Below are positions 39,813 to 49,029 of a stretch of 64,000 nt of DNA, in pieces. The DNA comes from Campylobacterales bacterium. Its GTDB lineage: Bacteria > Campylobacterota > Campylobacteria > Campylobacterales > QNZT01. The notes beneath the pieces were generated by a model, which searched no databases, was not told the origin of the DNA, and saw only the letters and a list, made by a program, of their open reading frames with translations. Location: NCBI GenBank assembly GCA_016744895.1, contig JADGDK010000001.1, positions 39,463 through 103,462 of the forward strand. The letters are read 5' to 3'. The position numbers were made by a program, and so were the translations under genes. The number at the start of each line of letters is the position of its first letter. Position 1 is the first letter of the stretch.

Positions 39813-42377
39813 TTACTTAATCATTGCAGTAAGTTCGTCTTTGCTTACTCTATGAAAATTAAGATATTTGTAAACTTCATCAGTCATTTCTGGCTTAATT
39901 TTGTTTGGAACAATTTCCATATATTCAGCAGCTGTTGGTAATTTACCTTTTAGTGCCACTACAGCAGCAAGCTCAGCAGAACCTAAATATACTTGACTTC
40001 CTTTACCAAGTCTATTGTCAAAGTTTCTTGTTGAAGTACTAAATACCCAAGCATTTTGAGCAACTGCAGCTTGATTACCCATACATAGTGAACAACCAGG
40101 AATTTCAGTTCTTGCTCCAGCCATACCAAATACTGAATAATACCCCTCTTCTTGAAGTGTTTTCTCATCCATCTTCGTTGGAGGACAAATCCACAGTTTT
40201 GTTGGAACTGCACCTTCACCTCTTAAAACTTCACCACAAGCACGGAACAGTCCGATATTTGTCATACATGAACCAACAAATACTTCATCAATTTCAGTTC
40301 TCATACCTTGTTCGTGAATCTCAGTCAATGTTTTAACATCATCTGGATCATTTGGACATGCTAAAATTGGCTCTGTGATTTGATCCATATCGATTTCAAT
40401 AACAGCGGCATATTCTGCATCGCTATCAGCCTCTAATAAAGTAGGTGTATCAATCCAATCTTGCATCTTATCTCTTCTTCTTTTCAATGTCGCAGCATCT
40501 TCATAACCTTGAGCAATCAATTCATCGATTAATACAATATTTGACTCTAAATATTCAGCAACCGGCTCTTTGTTTAGTTTTACAGTACACGCCGCAGCTG
40601 ATCTTTCAGCCGATGCATCAGAAAGCTCAAATGCTTGCTCACACTTAAGATCTTCAAGTCCTTCAATTTCTAAAACACGACCAGCAAAAATGTTTTTCTT
40701 ACCTTTTTTCTCAACAGTTAAAAGACCATCTTTAATCGCTTGATGAGGAATCGCATTTACCATATCTCTAAGTGTGATACCTGGTTGCATCTCACCTTTA
40801 AATTTAACCAGTACAGACTCAGGCATCGTTAAAGGCATCATACCCGTAACACCTGCAAATGCAACAAGACCAGAACCTGCTGGAAATGAGATACCAATTG
40901 GGAATCTTGTATGAGAATCTCCACCTGTTCCTACAGTATCTGGAAGACAAAGTCTATTTAACCATGAATGGATCACACCATCACCTGGTCTTAAAATAAA
41001 ACCTTTTCTACTTGTCCAAAACTCTGGAAGTGTATGCTGTAAAGAGATATCAGCAGGCTTAGGATAAGCAGCAGTATGACAAAATGACTGCATTGTCATA
41101 TCCGCACCAAAATTCAGTGCTGCAAGCTCTTTAATCTCATCTCTTGTCATTGGACCCGTTGTATCTTGACTTCCAACCGTAGTTGCTACTGGCTCACAGT
41201 AAACACCAGGTTTGACACCTTCCATACCACAAGCACGACCCACCATTTTCTGTGCTAATGTAAATCCTTTGCCATTATCATCAGGTTGTGCTGGAGCCAT
41301 AAATAAATCGCCTGCATCAAGTCCTAGTGCTTCTCTAGCACGTGCCGTCAAACCTTTACCGATAATCAGTGGAATTCTTCCCCCTGCTCTCATTTCATCT
41401 GGAAGTGTATTTGGCTCAATTTTAAACTCACTAACAACTGAGCCATCTTTTTCTATAACACCCTCAAATGGCTTCACAGTAATCACATCACCAGTCTCTA
41501 GTTTATCAGTTGGTGCTTGAATAGGGATACAACCACTATCTTCAGCTGTATTAAAAAAGATTGGAGCAATAATATCACCGATCACGATACCACCTGTTCT
41601 TTTTCCTGGAATATTTGGTATATCTTTACCCATATGCCATTGAACAGAATTTATACCTGATTTTCTACTACTTCCAGTACCTACAACTTCACCAACATAA
41701 ACTAAAGGATTCCCTTTTGCTTTTAGCTCTTTCATAGTATCTAATGGATTTTCCATACGATTTATTAAAAATGAGTTTGCGTGTAGAGGTACATCTGCTC
41801 TAGTAAATGCTTCACTTGCAGGAGAAAGATCATCTGTATTAGTCTCACCAGGAATTTTATAAACCGTTACTGTAATCTCTTTGTCCATCTCTGGCTTATT
41901 TGTAAACCATTCACCATTTGCCCAAGACTCAACAACTTCTTTTGCTTTCGCGTTTCCATCATCCATAAGCGATTTTACGTCATTAAATGAATCATACACT
42001 AAAAGTGTGTTTTTAAGTTGCTCTGCTGCTACTTCAGCTACAGCATCGATTTTCAATGCTTCTACAAGTGGTTTTACATTAAATCCACCAAGCATAGTTC
42101 CTAAAATTTCACAGGCTTTAACCGCATCAATTGCTTCACATGGTGTATTACCTTGTACAATATCATTTAAAAATGCTGCTTTTACATACGCTGCATCATC
42201 AACACCCGCTGGAATCTTCTCAGTAAAAAGTTCCATAGCATAATCTACGTCTGCAATTGGAGTTACTTTTAGTAACTCTACTAAATCCGCTGCCTGCTCA
42301 GCTGTTAAAGCTAATGGAGGTACACCAAGTGTCGCTCGTTCTTCTGTATGTGTTTTATAATCATTGAGTAAGCTCAT
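39813..42377 (-). CDS. acnB: Bifunctional aconitate hydratase 2 / 2-methylisocitrate dehydratase
   Basis: 854 aa. N-terminal [24 protein letters not shown] (AcnB HEAT-like domain) and FeS-ligand regions ([13 protein letters not shown]). Confidence 0.95.
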   Translation of the reverse strand: MSLLNDYKTHTEERATLGVPPLALTAEQAADLVELLKVTPIADVDYAMELFTEKIPAGVDDAAYVKAAFLNDIVQGNTPCEAIDAVKACEILGTMLGGFNVKPLVEALKIDAVAEVAAEQLKNTLLVYDSFNDVKSLMDDGNAKAKEVVESWANGEWFTNKPEMDKEITVTVYKIPGETNTDDLSPASEAFTRADVPLHANSFLINRMENPLDTMKELKAKGNPLVYVGEVVGTGSSRKSGINSVQWHMGKDIPNIPGKRTGGIVIGDIIAPIFFNTAEDSGCIPIQAPTDKLETGDVITVKPFEGVIEKDGSVVSEFKIEPNTLPDEMRAGGRIPLIIGKGLTARAREALGLDAGDLFMAPAQPDDNGKGFTLAQKMVGRACGMEGVKPGVYCEPVATTVGSQDTTGPMTRDEIKELAALNFGADMTMQSFCHTAAYPKPADISLQHTLPEFWTSRKGFILRPGDGVIHSWLNRLCLPDTVGTGGDSHTRFPIGISFPAGSGLVAFAGVTGMMPLTMPESVLVKFKGEMQPGITLRDMVNAIPHQAIKDGLLTVEKKGKKNIFAGRVLEIEGLEDLKCEQAFELSDASAERSAAACTVKLNKEPVAEYLESNIVLIDELIAQGYEDAATLKRRRDKMQDWIDTPTLLEADSDAEYAAVIEIDMDQITEPILACPNDPDDVKTLTEIHEQGMRTEIDEVFVGSCMTNIGLFRACGEVLRGEGAVPTKLWICPPTKMDEKTLQEEGYYSVFGMAGARTEIPGCSLCMGNQAAVAQNAWVFSTSTRNFDNRLGKGSQVYLGSAELAAVVALKGKLPTAAEYMEIVPNKIKPEMTDEVYKYLNFHRVSKDELTAMIK

Positions 42378-42435
42378 TAATTCCCTTTAAAAAAATTTAT
42401 ATAATTATACAAAAATAAAATTATAAATAAAACTA

Positions 42436-42484
42436 AGTGTTACAAATTGTTACACTATTTTTAGCACTTAGTTACTTTTTGTAA
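42436..42484 (-). promoter_or_regulatory. GTTAC-type direct and inverted repeats upstream of acnB (candidate operator sites)
   Basis: GTGTTACAAATTGTTACAC (42436-42454, direct repeat TGTTACA with 10-bp period) and GTTAC-TTTTT-GTAAC (42470-42484, dyad fitting T-N11-A), 60-110 nt upstream of the acnB ATG. Confidence 0.3.
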
Positions 42485-42497
42485 CAGTATAGTTTTA

Positions 42498-43118
42498 TCA
42501 TTGAGCACTGCATGGATCTTGAACATCCAATTTATAATTATAGATATAAATAACGATACTTCTATCTATAAAACTATCATCTACAACTATCTCATCAAAA
42601 AGTACTTTTTCCTCTGGACACCCTTTTGCCAAGATCTCATTTTTAATATTCTCTGTATAAAAAAGTTCTGCAGCGCTAATGGCTCTATTGTGTGAAAGGT
42701 ATTGATTATGATTCATACTAATACTATCATTTGCATGCCCTACAATCTGTACAATAGCATTTTCATCTGCTAAAATATGTGGCGCAATACATTTCAACTT
42801 CTCTTTGGCCTCTTTTGTAAGTCTAAAGGAATGAGACTTAAAATCTTTTTTAGTTCTAAAGTCTATTTTAAGATATACACCATGATCTTTAACTAAAATG
42901 GAGCTATTGTTCTCATATACATCTGATTGAGACGTTGTAATATTACAATGATCTTTTAAAGCACTTAGTAATACATGAAATTTACTATAATTGACATCTA
43001 CAGGAATAATAGTAGGCAGTTTGGAAGGTTTTACAATCTCTGTCTGTATTTTCGCACTACAAACACAACTGTATATTATCACTATTGAAGCAAATAAGAA
43101 GACTCTTTTAAAAAACAT
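42498..43118 (-). CDS. OmpA-like domain protein (secreted or lipoprotein)
   Basis: 206 aa. Signal sequence ending YSC. C-terminal IVGHANDS..NQYLSHNRAISAAELF resembles the OmpA_C peptidoglycan-binding motif. Confidence 0.6.
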   Translation of the reverse strand: MFFKRVFLFASIVIIYSCVCSAKIQTEIVKPSKLPTIIPVDVNYSKFHVLLSALKDHCNITTSQSDVYENNSSILVKDHGVYLKIDFRTKKDFKSHSFRLTKEAKEKLKCIAPHILADENAIVQIVGHANDSISMNHNQYLSHNRAISAAELFYTENIKNEILAKGCPEEKVLFDEIVVDDSFIDRSIVIYIYNYKLDVQDPCSAQ

Positions 43119-43201
43119 AAATGTATTTTTATATATTTAACCTTTTTAGCCAATAATTAAAATTACTTAATTATTTATGTTTATATCTCTCTTATGAGTT
43201 C

Positions 43202-45328
43202 TTATTCTAAAATCTCTCTCTGACCTTTTGTATTTGGCGCTGAGATGACACCCATCATCTCTAACTGTTCTATAATTCTAGCTGAACGGTTATATCCAAT
43301 TTGAAGTCTTCTTTGAAGATAAGAGATCGAAGTCTTTTTATCTCCAAGTACAACCGCTTTTGCCTCTTCATAAAGTTCATCAAAATCACCATCACCTCCA
43401 GAAGATGCACTATCTCCTTTACTCACAGTAACACCACTTGTTGCATCACCAGAAGGTTCACTTAAAAATGAAGGGTCATAAATAACCTCTCTTTGGACTT
43501 TTAAAAACTCTACAATTGTTTCTATTTCGCGTTCAGTTACAAATGGAGCATGCAAACGTATAAGTCCTGAGCTTCCTGGAGGCGTAAAGAGCATATCACC
43601 ACGCCCTAAGAGGCTATCAGCCCCTGTAGAATCTAAAATAACCTTGGAGTCAATTTTTTGCCCTACTCTAAAAGAGATACGACTTGGAAGATTTGCTTTG
43701 ATTAATCCTGTGACAACATCTACAGATGGTCTTTGTGTCGCTACAATAAGATGAATACCACTTGCTCTTGCCATCTGAGCAAGTCTTGCGATATAAAATT
43801 CAACATCTTTTCCACTGGTCATCATAAGATCTGCTAACTCATCAATAATAACTATAATGTAAGGGAATGGATCATAACCATCTTTTTTGGCTTTTTCATT
43901 ATAATTTTCTATATTTTTAGTTTTGGTTTTACTCATCATTTTATAGCGACGTTCCATCTCAACTACCATGTTTGCAAGTGCCATAATTGCCTGTTTTGGT
44001 TGTGTAATGACTGGTGTAAGCAGATGCGGTATATCATTATAGATTGAAAATTCAAGCATTTTAGGATCAATCATCAAAAGTTTTAAATCATCTGGAGAAT
44101 TTCGATATAACAATGAAACTAACATAGCATTGATACCCACACTTTTACCACTTCCTGTAGTTCCTGCAATAAGAAGGTGTGGCAGTTTTGTCAAGTCTGT
44201 GACAAATGGATTACCGACAATATCTTTACCTACAACCATGGTAAGTGGTGATGAAGCTTTTTGAAAGATATCAGACTGAAGAATCTCTTTGAGATAAATC
44301 GTCTCAATCGTTTTATTTGGGATTTCAATACCGACAACATCTTTACCTGGAATTGGCGCTTGTATACGAATTGTTTGTGCTTTTAACGCCATCGCCAAAT
44401 CATCTTGAAGTGTTAAAATCTTTGATACCTTGATATGCGCATCTGGACGAAATTCAAACGTTGTAACTACTGGACCTGAATAAGTTCGTACCACATCTCC
44501 TGTAATCTTAAACTGTTTTAATTTTTCAATGAGATCTTCGATCTTTTTATCAATCTCACTACCATCGACACGTGATCTCTTTTTAGGTGTAGCTTTTAGA
44601 AAATCAAAATATGGCAATTTAAAGTTTTTCGGTTTTTTAACTTTTCCCTGTTTTATTTGACTTAAGAGCTGTTTGTTCTCTTCAACCTCTTTTAAAACTT
44701 TAGCATGTGTTTTTGGTTTTGGAGGAGTTTTTACTTCATCAGGATGTAACAACTCTTCAGACTCTTCTTGAATCACTTTTATTTTATCAATATCTGTAGG
44801 TTTGTGCACTTTTTTAACTTTACTCGCGTCTTCAATTACACTCTCAATTGTGTCAAAATACTCTAAAGTTTCTGATTCACGTGGCTCCTCTTTTTCAGGA
44901 ACATATGTAGCGACTCTCTTTTTTGGTGTCGGAGTTGGTTCAGGAATAAAGTCATCTTCATAGGAGTTTGGAATTTGTAGATCGTCACTACTATCTTTAT
45001 ATAAAAAGTAGTCTGCCTTCTCTCTTATCCCAGCAAAGTAACTGTAAAAATTGAAATTTTCAGGAAAACTAAAATAAAGTGCTTCTTTAAGCAATATAAA
45101 CCCTAGTGTAAAAATAGAGAGAATAAAGATCCAAATTCCTGCACCACCGATATAACTCTTTAAAAAATGAACAATAAATCCACCCAATCCACCATAATAT
45201 AAACCATCCACAACATGTGCTTGAAAGATTAAAACCGAAAGTAAAATTAAAAATGCTGGAAAAAGAACTTTAAAACGTCCTAATTCAAGATCACTATTGC
45301 GATAAAGATAAAGTGATAATAAAATCAA
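43202..45328 (-). CDS. ftsK: DNA translocase FtsK/SpoIIIE (true start probably upstream, near 45490)
   Basis: Walker A GTTGSGKS, IIDELADLM, and a C-terminal gamma winged-helix (ISYLQRRLQIGYNRSARIIEQLE). The frame stays open to 45523 and encodes FtsK-like TM segments (see findings). Confidence 0.9.
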   Translation of the reverse strand: MILLSLYLYRNSDLELGRFKVLFPAFLILLSVLIFQAHVVDGLYYGGLGGFIVHFLKSYIGGAGIWIFILSIFTLGFILLKEALYFSFPENFNFYSYFAGIREKADYFLYKDSSDDLQIPNSYEDDFIPEPTPTPKKRVATYVPEKEEPRESETLEYFDTIESVIEDASKVKKVHKPTDIDKIKVIQEESEELLHPDEVKTPPKPKTHAKVLKEVEENKQLLSQIKQGKVKKPKNFKLPYFDFLKATPKKRSRVDGSEIDKKIEDLIEKLKQFKITGDVVRTYSGPVVTTFEFRPDAHIKVSKILTLQDDLAMALKAQTIRIQAPIPGKDVVGIEIPNKTIETIYLKEILQSDIFQKASSPLTMVVGKDIVGNPFVTDLTKLPHLLIAGTTGSGKSVGINAMLVSLLYRNSPDDLKLLMIDPKMLEFSIYNDIPHLLTPVITQPKQAIMALANMVVEMERRYKMMSKTKTKNIENYNEKAKKDGYDPFPYIIVIIDELADLMMTSGKDVEFYIARLAQMARASGIHLIVATQRPSVDVVTGLIKANLPSRISFRVGQKIDSKVILDSTGADSLLGRGDMLFTPPGSSGLIRLHAPFVTEREIETIVEFLKVQREVIYDPSFLSEPSGDATSGVTVSKGDSASSGGDGDFDELYEEAKAVVLGDKKTSISYLQRRLQIGYNRSARIIEQLEMMGVISAPNTKGQREILE

Positions 45329-45548
45329 GAAAAATGGATATACAAATGAGAGATACCCAAAATAAACTTTATTGTAAGTCCCTATGGTTGAACCTATCTT
45401 TCCAACTATAGGAGCATCAGTCGCTATAGTAGAGACGGCGAGAAAAAGAAGTAAAGCAATTGCAAGTATATATTTAAAAAGTCTTAAAATAGTTTTTCCT
45501 AATAGTATAATAGTATGAAAATTTTAACTATTATACAAAAAAACTATT

Positions 45549-47456
45549 TTATTTCATATAATTTAATAGACTTAATGAATTAACTTTTGTGATCGTTTGA
45601 AGCATTGCTTGATAGCTAAGTGTTACTTGATTCAGTTTCATAATTGTTTCCGCCATATCTACTTCCGTTGTATCAGATTTAAGCTGCATGACATTAAGCT
45701 CCAAAGCAGATGCTTTTTCTTCTGCAATTTGTAAAGACTTAGATCTTATACCAATTTGAGATTGTGCATTATTAAAGTGATTATTTATCTGTTCTAATTT
45801 ATCAATAGAGTTTTGAAGACCGATACTTCTAGGATCTCCTGAATTACTATCTAAGTCTGTCACCCCATTTCGAACTGCATCGATAATTGAATCCAACTCA
45901 TCAAAAAAGTTTAAGTTTGATTGTGCCGTTGTAACTGCATTATTTGACATAAAAGAGAGTGAAGGCGTTGTGGTATTTGAAAAATCATTGGCATCATTAT
46001 CGTACATAGCAAACTGAATATTACTAAGATTTTCAGACTTATCATTAATCTCTAGATGACCACTTTGGTTGATATCAACATTAATAAGCTCTTTTGCATT
46101 ACTCACAGCTGTATTAAAACCTGTGCTATTATTTGATGCTGGAAGCGTATCAGACATTGTCATAGAAATGATATTATTTAACTGCCCCATTGTAAAATCA
46201 TTACCATTAGTAACTGTCTCGTCTGCATTATAAATATTATAAGATGTACCATCTACAATAAAAGTTGAAGCAGCAGAGAGATTAAGCTCTATATCTTTTT
46301 CAACTCCATTGATGTCTGTAACTTTCATATCAAACGTCTTATCTGGCAATGAAGTACTATTCATCATATCACTTAATTTTGTAGTAGCATCTGCATGTAC
46401 ACCATTTGCAATTAGGGCGACATTCCCTTCTAGTGTACCTCCACTCTTTTCAAAATATTGTTGATCTATTTTCAAAGATTCATTACCACCACCTATAGTA
46501 GTATAATCACTTTTTGAAAATGAGATAATCTTATCTCCGGTAACATCATCCAAATTGGTATCTGCACTTGCACCTTGAACCCCTACCATTTTAAAATCAA
46601 GTTGACTATAACCACTTTTAAGATCCATAATCTCAATATTTCCATTATCACTAAGCGCTACTTTAACATTTCCACCTAGACTATCTTTAATCTCTCCTAA
46701 AAGATCTTCAATTTTTGCAGTTACCTGAGTGTCCACAATACTTTTAAAAGCAGTTCCATCTCCCTGCGTTCCAGATATAAAAAAGCGGACATCCGATGTA
46801 AATTCATCTCCTACTATTTCAGCAATACTACTTTGTGCTGTCAAAGGTTCATCTTCTGAAATTTGGTTTGTAAGCTTTACATTAGTTTGAACCGTTTTAT
46901 TGATATGCTGATCATCTCCCAAAAATAGAGATTGACCATCAACATTACTCTGTATCTTTATGCCATCACCCACAAGTGTCATAAGTGCATTATCATTTCC
47001 ATGATATCTTCCTTCATTATCAATAGGTTTTGTATTGGTTGCACTTCCAGAAAAAAGATATTGTCCATTCATTTGCGTATTCGCTAGAGAAATCATATGT
47101 TTTTTCTGTTCTTCAAGTTCTGTAGCAATTGCCTCATAATTATCACTATTCATTGTAGCATTACTCGCAGCAATAAGTTTTGTCTGAAAATCTCTTAAAG
47201 TCTGTGTAAATTCACTCAGTGCTGAGTCACTAGCATCCGTTAATGATTTCGCTTGAGTTGAACGCTCTTTTATTCCAGCAAGTTCATTTTCTTGAGAATT
47301 AAACCTTAGTATATCAGCGTATACAGCGCTATCTTCATAACTATTTTGGATCTTTTGACCAGATGAAACTTGTGCAGTTAATTTATTTAGTTTGCTCAAT
47401 ACTTTGCCATGATCACTTTGAAAGTTATCAAATAAAAATTGGTTTGTCACCCTCAT
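45549..47456 (-). CDS. flgL: Flagellar hook-associated protein 3 (FlgL)
   Basis: 635 aa. Flagellin-like N-terminus MRVTNQF..LTAQVSSGQKIQNSYEDS and C-terminus ..VTLSYQAMLQTITKVNSLSLLNYM, with a long variable middle. Confidence 0.85.
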   Translation of the reverse strand: MRVTNQFLFDNFQSDHGKVLSKLNKLTAQVSSGQKIQNSYEDSAVYADILRFNSQENELAGIKERSTQAKSLTDASDSALSEFTQTLRDFQTKLIAASNATMNSDNYEAIATELEEQKKHMISLANTQMNGQYLFSGSATNTKPIDNEGRYHGNDNALMTLVGDGIKIQSNVDGQSLFLGDDQHINKTVQTNVKLTNQISEDEPLTAQSSIAEIVGDEFTSDVRFFISGTQGDGTAFKSIVDTQVTAKIEDLLGEIKDSLGGNVKVALSDNGNIEIMDLKSGYSQLDFKMVGVQGASADTNLDDVTGDKIISFSKSDYTTIGGGNESLKIDQQYFEKSGGTLEGNVALIANGVHADATTKLSDMMNSTSLPDKTFDMKVTDINGVEKDIELNLSAASTFIVDGTSYNIYNADETVTNGNDFTMGQLNNIISMTMSDTLPASNNSTGFNTAVSNAKELINVDINQSGHLEINDKSENLSNIQFAMYDNDANDFSNTTTPSLSFMSNNAVTTAQSNLNFFDELDSIIDAVRNGVTDLDSNSGDPRSIGLQNSIDKLEQINNHFNNAQSQIGIRSKSLQIAEEKASALELNVMQLKSDTTEVDMAETIMKLNQVTLSYQAMLQTITKVNSLSLLNYMK

Positions 47457-47487
47457 AATCGGACTCCTAAAAACTTTTCTAATAGAA

Positions 47488-47514
47488 TTATCGGCAATTT
47501 TATGAGAAAATGTA
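47488..47514 (-). promoter_or_regulatory. Sigma28 (FliA)-type promoter of flgL
   Basis: Minus strand TACATTTT-N11-GCCGATAA. The -10 is a perfect match to GCCGATAA and the -35 matches 6/8 of TAAAGTTT. The -10 ends 31 nt upstream of the flgL ATG. Confidence 0.65.
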
Positions 47515-47594
47515 CTTTTTTATTAAAAAGTTTTGTTATTTTAATAAAAAGATTGTAGTATGTTTCGTTATTTCAAAAAAGGAAGGTAAAATTT

Positions 47595-47873
47595 ATGAAG
47601 AAAGCTGAATTAATTCAAGCAATTTCAGACAAAACAGGTTTATCAAAAAAAGATACAACTGCAACTATAGATGCTGCATTAGAAACTATTCAAGAAGCAT
47701 TAGTAGCGCGAAAAACAGTTAGTTTTATCGGATTCGGTACATTCTCTACATCTCCTAGAGCTGCTAGAACTGCAAGAGTTCCTGGTACGAATAAAGTTGT
47801 AGACGTTCCTGCAACAACAGCTGTAAAATTTAAAGTTGGTAAAAGACTTAAAGATTCAGTAGCCAATGGTTAA
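47595..47873 (+). CDS. hup: HU family DNA-binding protein
   Basis: 92 aa. MKKAELIQAISDKTGLSKKD..FGTFSTSPRAARTARVPGT.. canonical HU. Confidence 0.95.
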   Translation: MKKAELIQAISDKTGLSKKDTTATIDAALETIQEALVARKTVSFIGFGTFSTSPRAARTARVPGTNKVVDVPATTAVKFKVGKRLKDSVANG

Positions 47874-47919
47874 TTCCTAAACCTTAGAGGTTTGTAATTT
47901 TTTTACAAACCTTTAATAT

Positions 47920-48003
47920 GCCGGGGTGGTGAAACTGGTAGACACGCCAGATTCAAAATCTGGTGGGCATTCGCCCGTACCGGTTCGATTCCGGTCCTCG
48001 GTA
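47920..48003 (+). tRNA. tRNA-Leu (anticodon CAA)
   Basis: Hand-folded cloverleaf: acceptor GCCGGGG/CCUCGGU, D-arm GUG..CAC, anticodon stem CCAGA/UCUGG with loop UUCAAAA, long variable arm GGGC-AUUC-GCCC, T-arm ACCGG-UUCGAUU-CCGGU, discriminator A. CCA is not encoded. Confidence 0.9.
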
Positions 48004-48005
48004 CT
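47978..48005 (+). repeat. attL-like core: 3' end of tRNA-Leu, repeated at 57322-57348
   Basis: TACCGGTTCGATTCCGGTCCTCGGTACT. The right-hand copy is identical except for one missing C. Confidence 0.8.
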
Positions 48006-48012
48006 CACAATC

Positions 48013-48039
48013 AAAAAAGCCTAAGTTTTAGGCTTTTTT
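48013..48039 (+). terminator. Intrinsic terminator downstream of tRNA-Leu
   Basis: AAAAAAGCCTAA-GTT-TTAGGCTTTTTT: GC-cored stem flanked by A6 and T6. Confidence 0.7.
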
Positions 48040-48057
48040 GTAACTCTTAAAACTCAT

Positions 48058-48172
48058 CTATTCTATATCTACCAAAGCCTTGTTTATCTGCATCTCTTTA
48101 AGTGTATCTAAGACAGTATCTACAAGTATCGATACATCAATTGGTTTGTAAAGATAAGTATAAATACCAATA
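48058..48172 (-). pseudogene. 3'-terminal fragment of a CheY-like response regulator gene (diverged duplicate of 57403-57517)
   Basis: Encodes ..DIGIYTYLYKPIDVSILVDTVLDTLKEMQINKALVDIE, versus ..DIGIYTYLYKPIDVSILVDTVFDTLKEMPRNKALVDIE in the intact gene. Homology stops where the IS200-like tnpA relic begins. Confidence 0.8.
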
Positions 48173-48561
48173 TCAATATATTTTTGAGTATGTTCGCTCT
48201 TTCCCTTGAGTTTGAATATAACTTGCATATTGTCCAACTGTATTAGCATAATAACCACTTGTCCAAAGGCTACTATGCCACAATATCTTTTTTATGCTTT
48301 TGCTGTAATACTTTTTATTGTTTTAACAAGATTTGATACAGTCATTGTTAATACAATTTGTACCAAAAAATGTATATGGTCTAAATCATTCCCTATCCTA
48401 CAAAATATATCTCTTACCGTTCAGATACACCTATACATAGCTCTTTCAAAGGTCTCCTCTACTTCTTTTGTGAATATTTTTTTTCTGTATTTTGATGGAA
48501 ATACTAAATGATATACCAATAGTATTTGATTATGACTTTTGTATATGTGATCATCTTCCAT
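48173..48561 (-). pseudogene. tnpA: IS200/IS605-family Y1 transposase (tnpA) pseudogene
   Basis: Hand translation: MEDDHIYKSHNQILLVYHLVFPSKYRKKIF.., then an in-frame TGA at 48423-48421. HUH motif (DHIHFLVQ) and the C-terminus (LWTSGYYANTVGQYASYIQTQGKE) sit in shifted frames. 389 nt is not a multiple of 3. GACCC-AGA-GGGTC hairpin at 48580-48592. Confidence 0.75.
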
Positions 48562-49029
48562 GCTATCATTATATCACATGACCCAGAGGGTCGGGGAATT
48601 AAACCATCCTCTGATTAATATAAGAAATCAATGAGGCTAAAAGTAGCAAAAAGAGAAGAACAATAATAAAACAAGTATTAAAAAGTGACAGCAATGCTTC
48701 CTTATTAGAATATCGAATGGATAAAGTAGGTAATTTTCTTAGAGTGATAGACACAATTAGATTTGATTCAAATGGGGACTTTAAATACACAAAGCAAGAA
48801 GATTATTTATATAGTTTTTCAAAATTCAACTATACCTATGAAAAAAGTTTGTTTTTAAAATACACTACTACTTATCATGATGATAATAGGTCCTCTTCTT
48901 TAGAAGAAGAATGGTGCTAAAAGATTAGTGAGAAGATATAGGACATCGGTTGACTAAAACTTCTATCCAAAAAAATTTTATAAATCGAGTGTAAGTAGCA
49001 ATAATAATTCAATATATTTAATTTTATAG

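Noticed and set aside
45503-45534. Imperfect palindrome GTATAATAG..CTATTATAC next to ftsK as a possible dif/XerH site
   Set aside because: I cannot reliably recall the epsilonproteobacterial dif consensus, and local gene orientation is divergent rather than convergent as expected at a terminus. It is more simply a flgL terminator or ftsK promoter hairpin.
47457-47594. Strand-orientation switch at flgL/hup as a possible replication origin
   Set aside because: The spacer is only 138 bp, contains no cluster of DnaA boxes and has no dnaA nearby. Gene orientation to the right is mixed. A GC-skew calculation on the whole chromosome would be needed, and I cannot run it.
48058-48511. Track ORFs 48058-48258 (-) and 48206-48511 (+)
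   Set aside because: The first is a chimera: a wrong-frame read of the IS200 tnpA C-terminus running into the regulator-gene fragment. The second is antisense to the tnpA pseudogene. Neither is a real gene.
48717-48920. 67-aa ORF (MDKVGNFLRVIDTIRFDSNGDFKYTKQEDY..) in the decayed island segment
   Set aside because: It has no Shine-Dalgarno sequence upstream and stops in all frames just before it, so it is probably a fragment of a destroyed gene. It is not supportable as a CDS from sequence alone.
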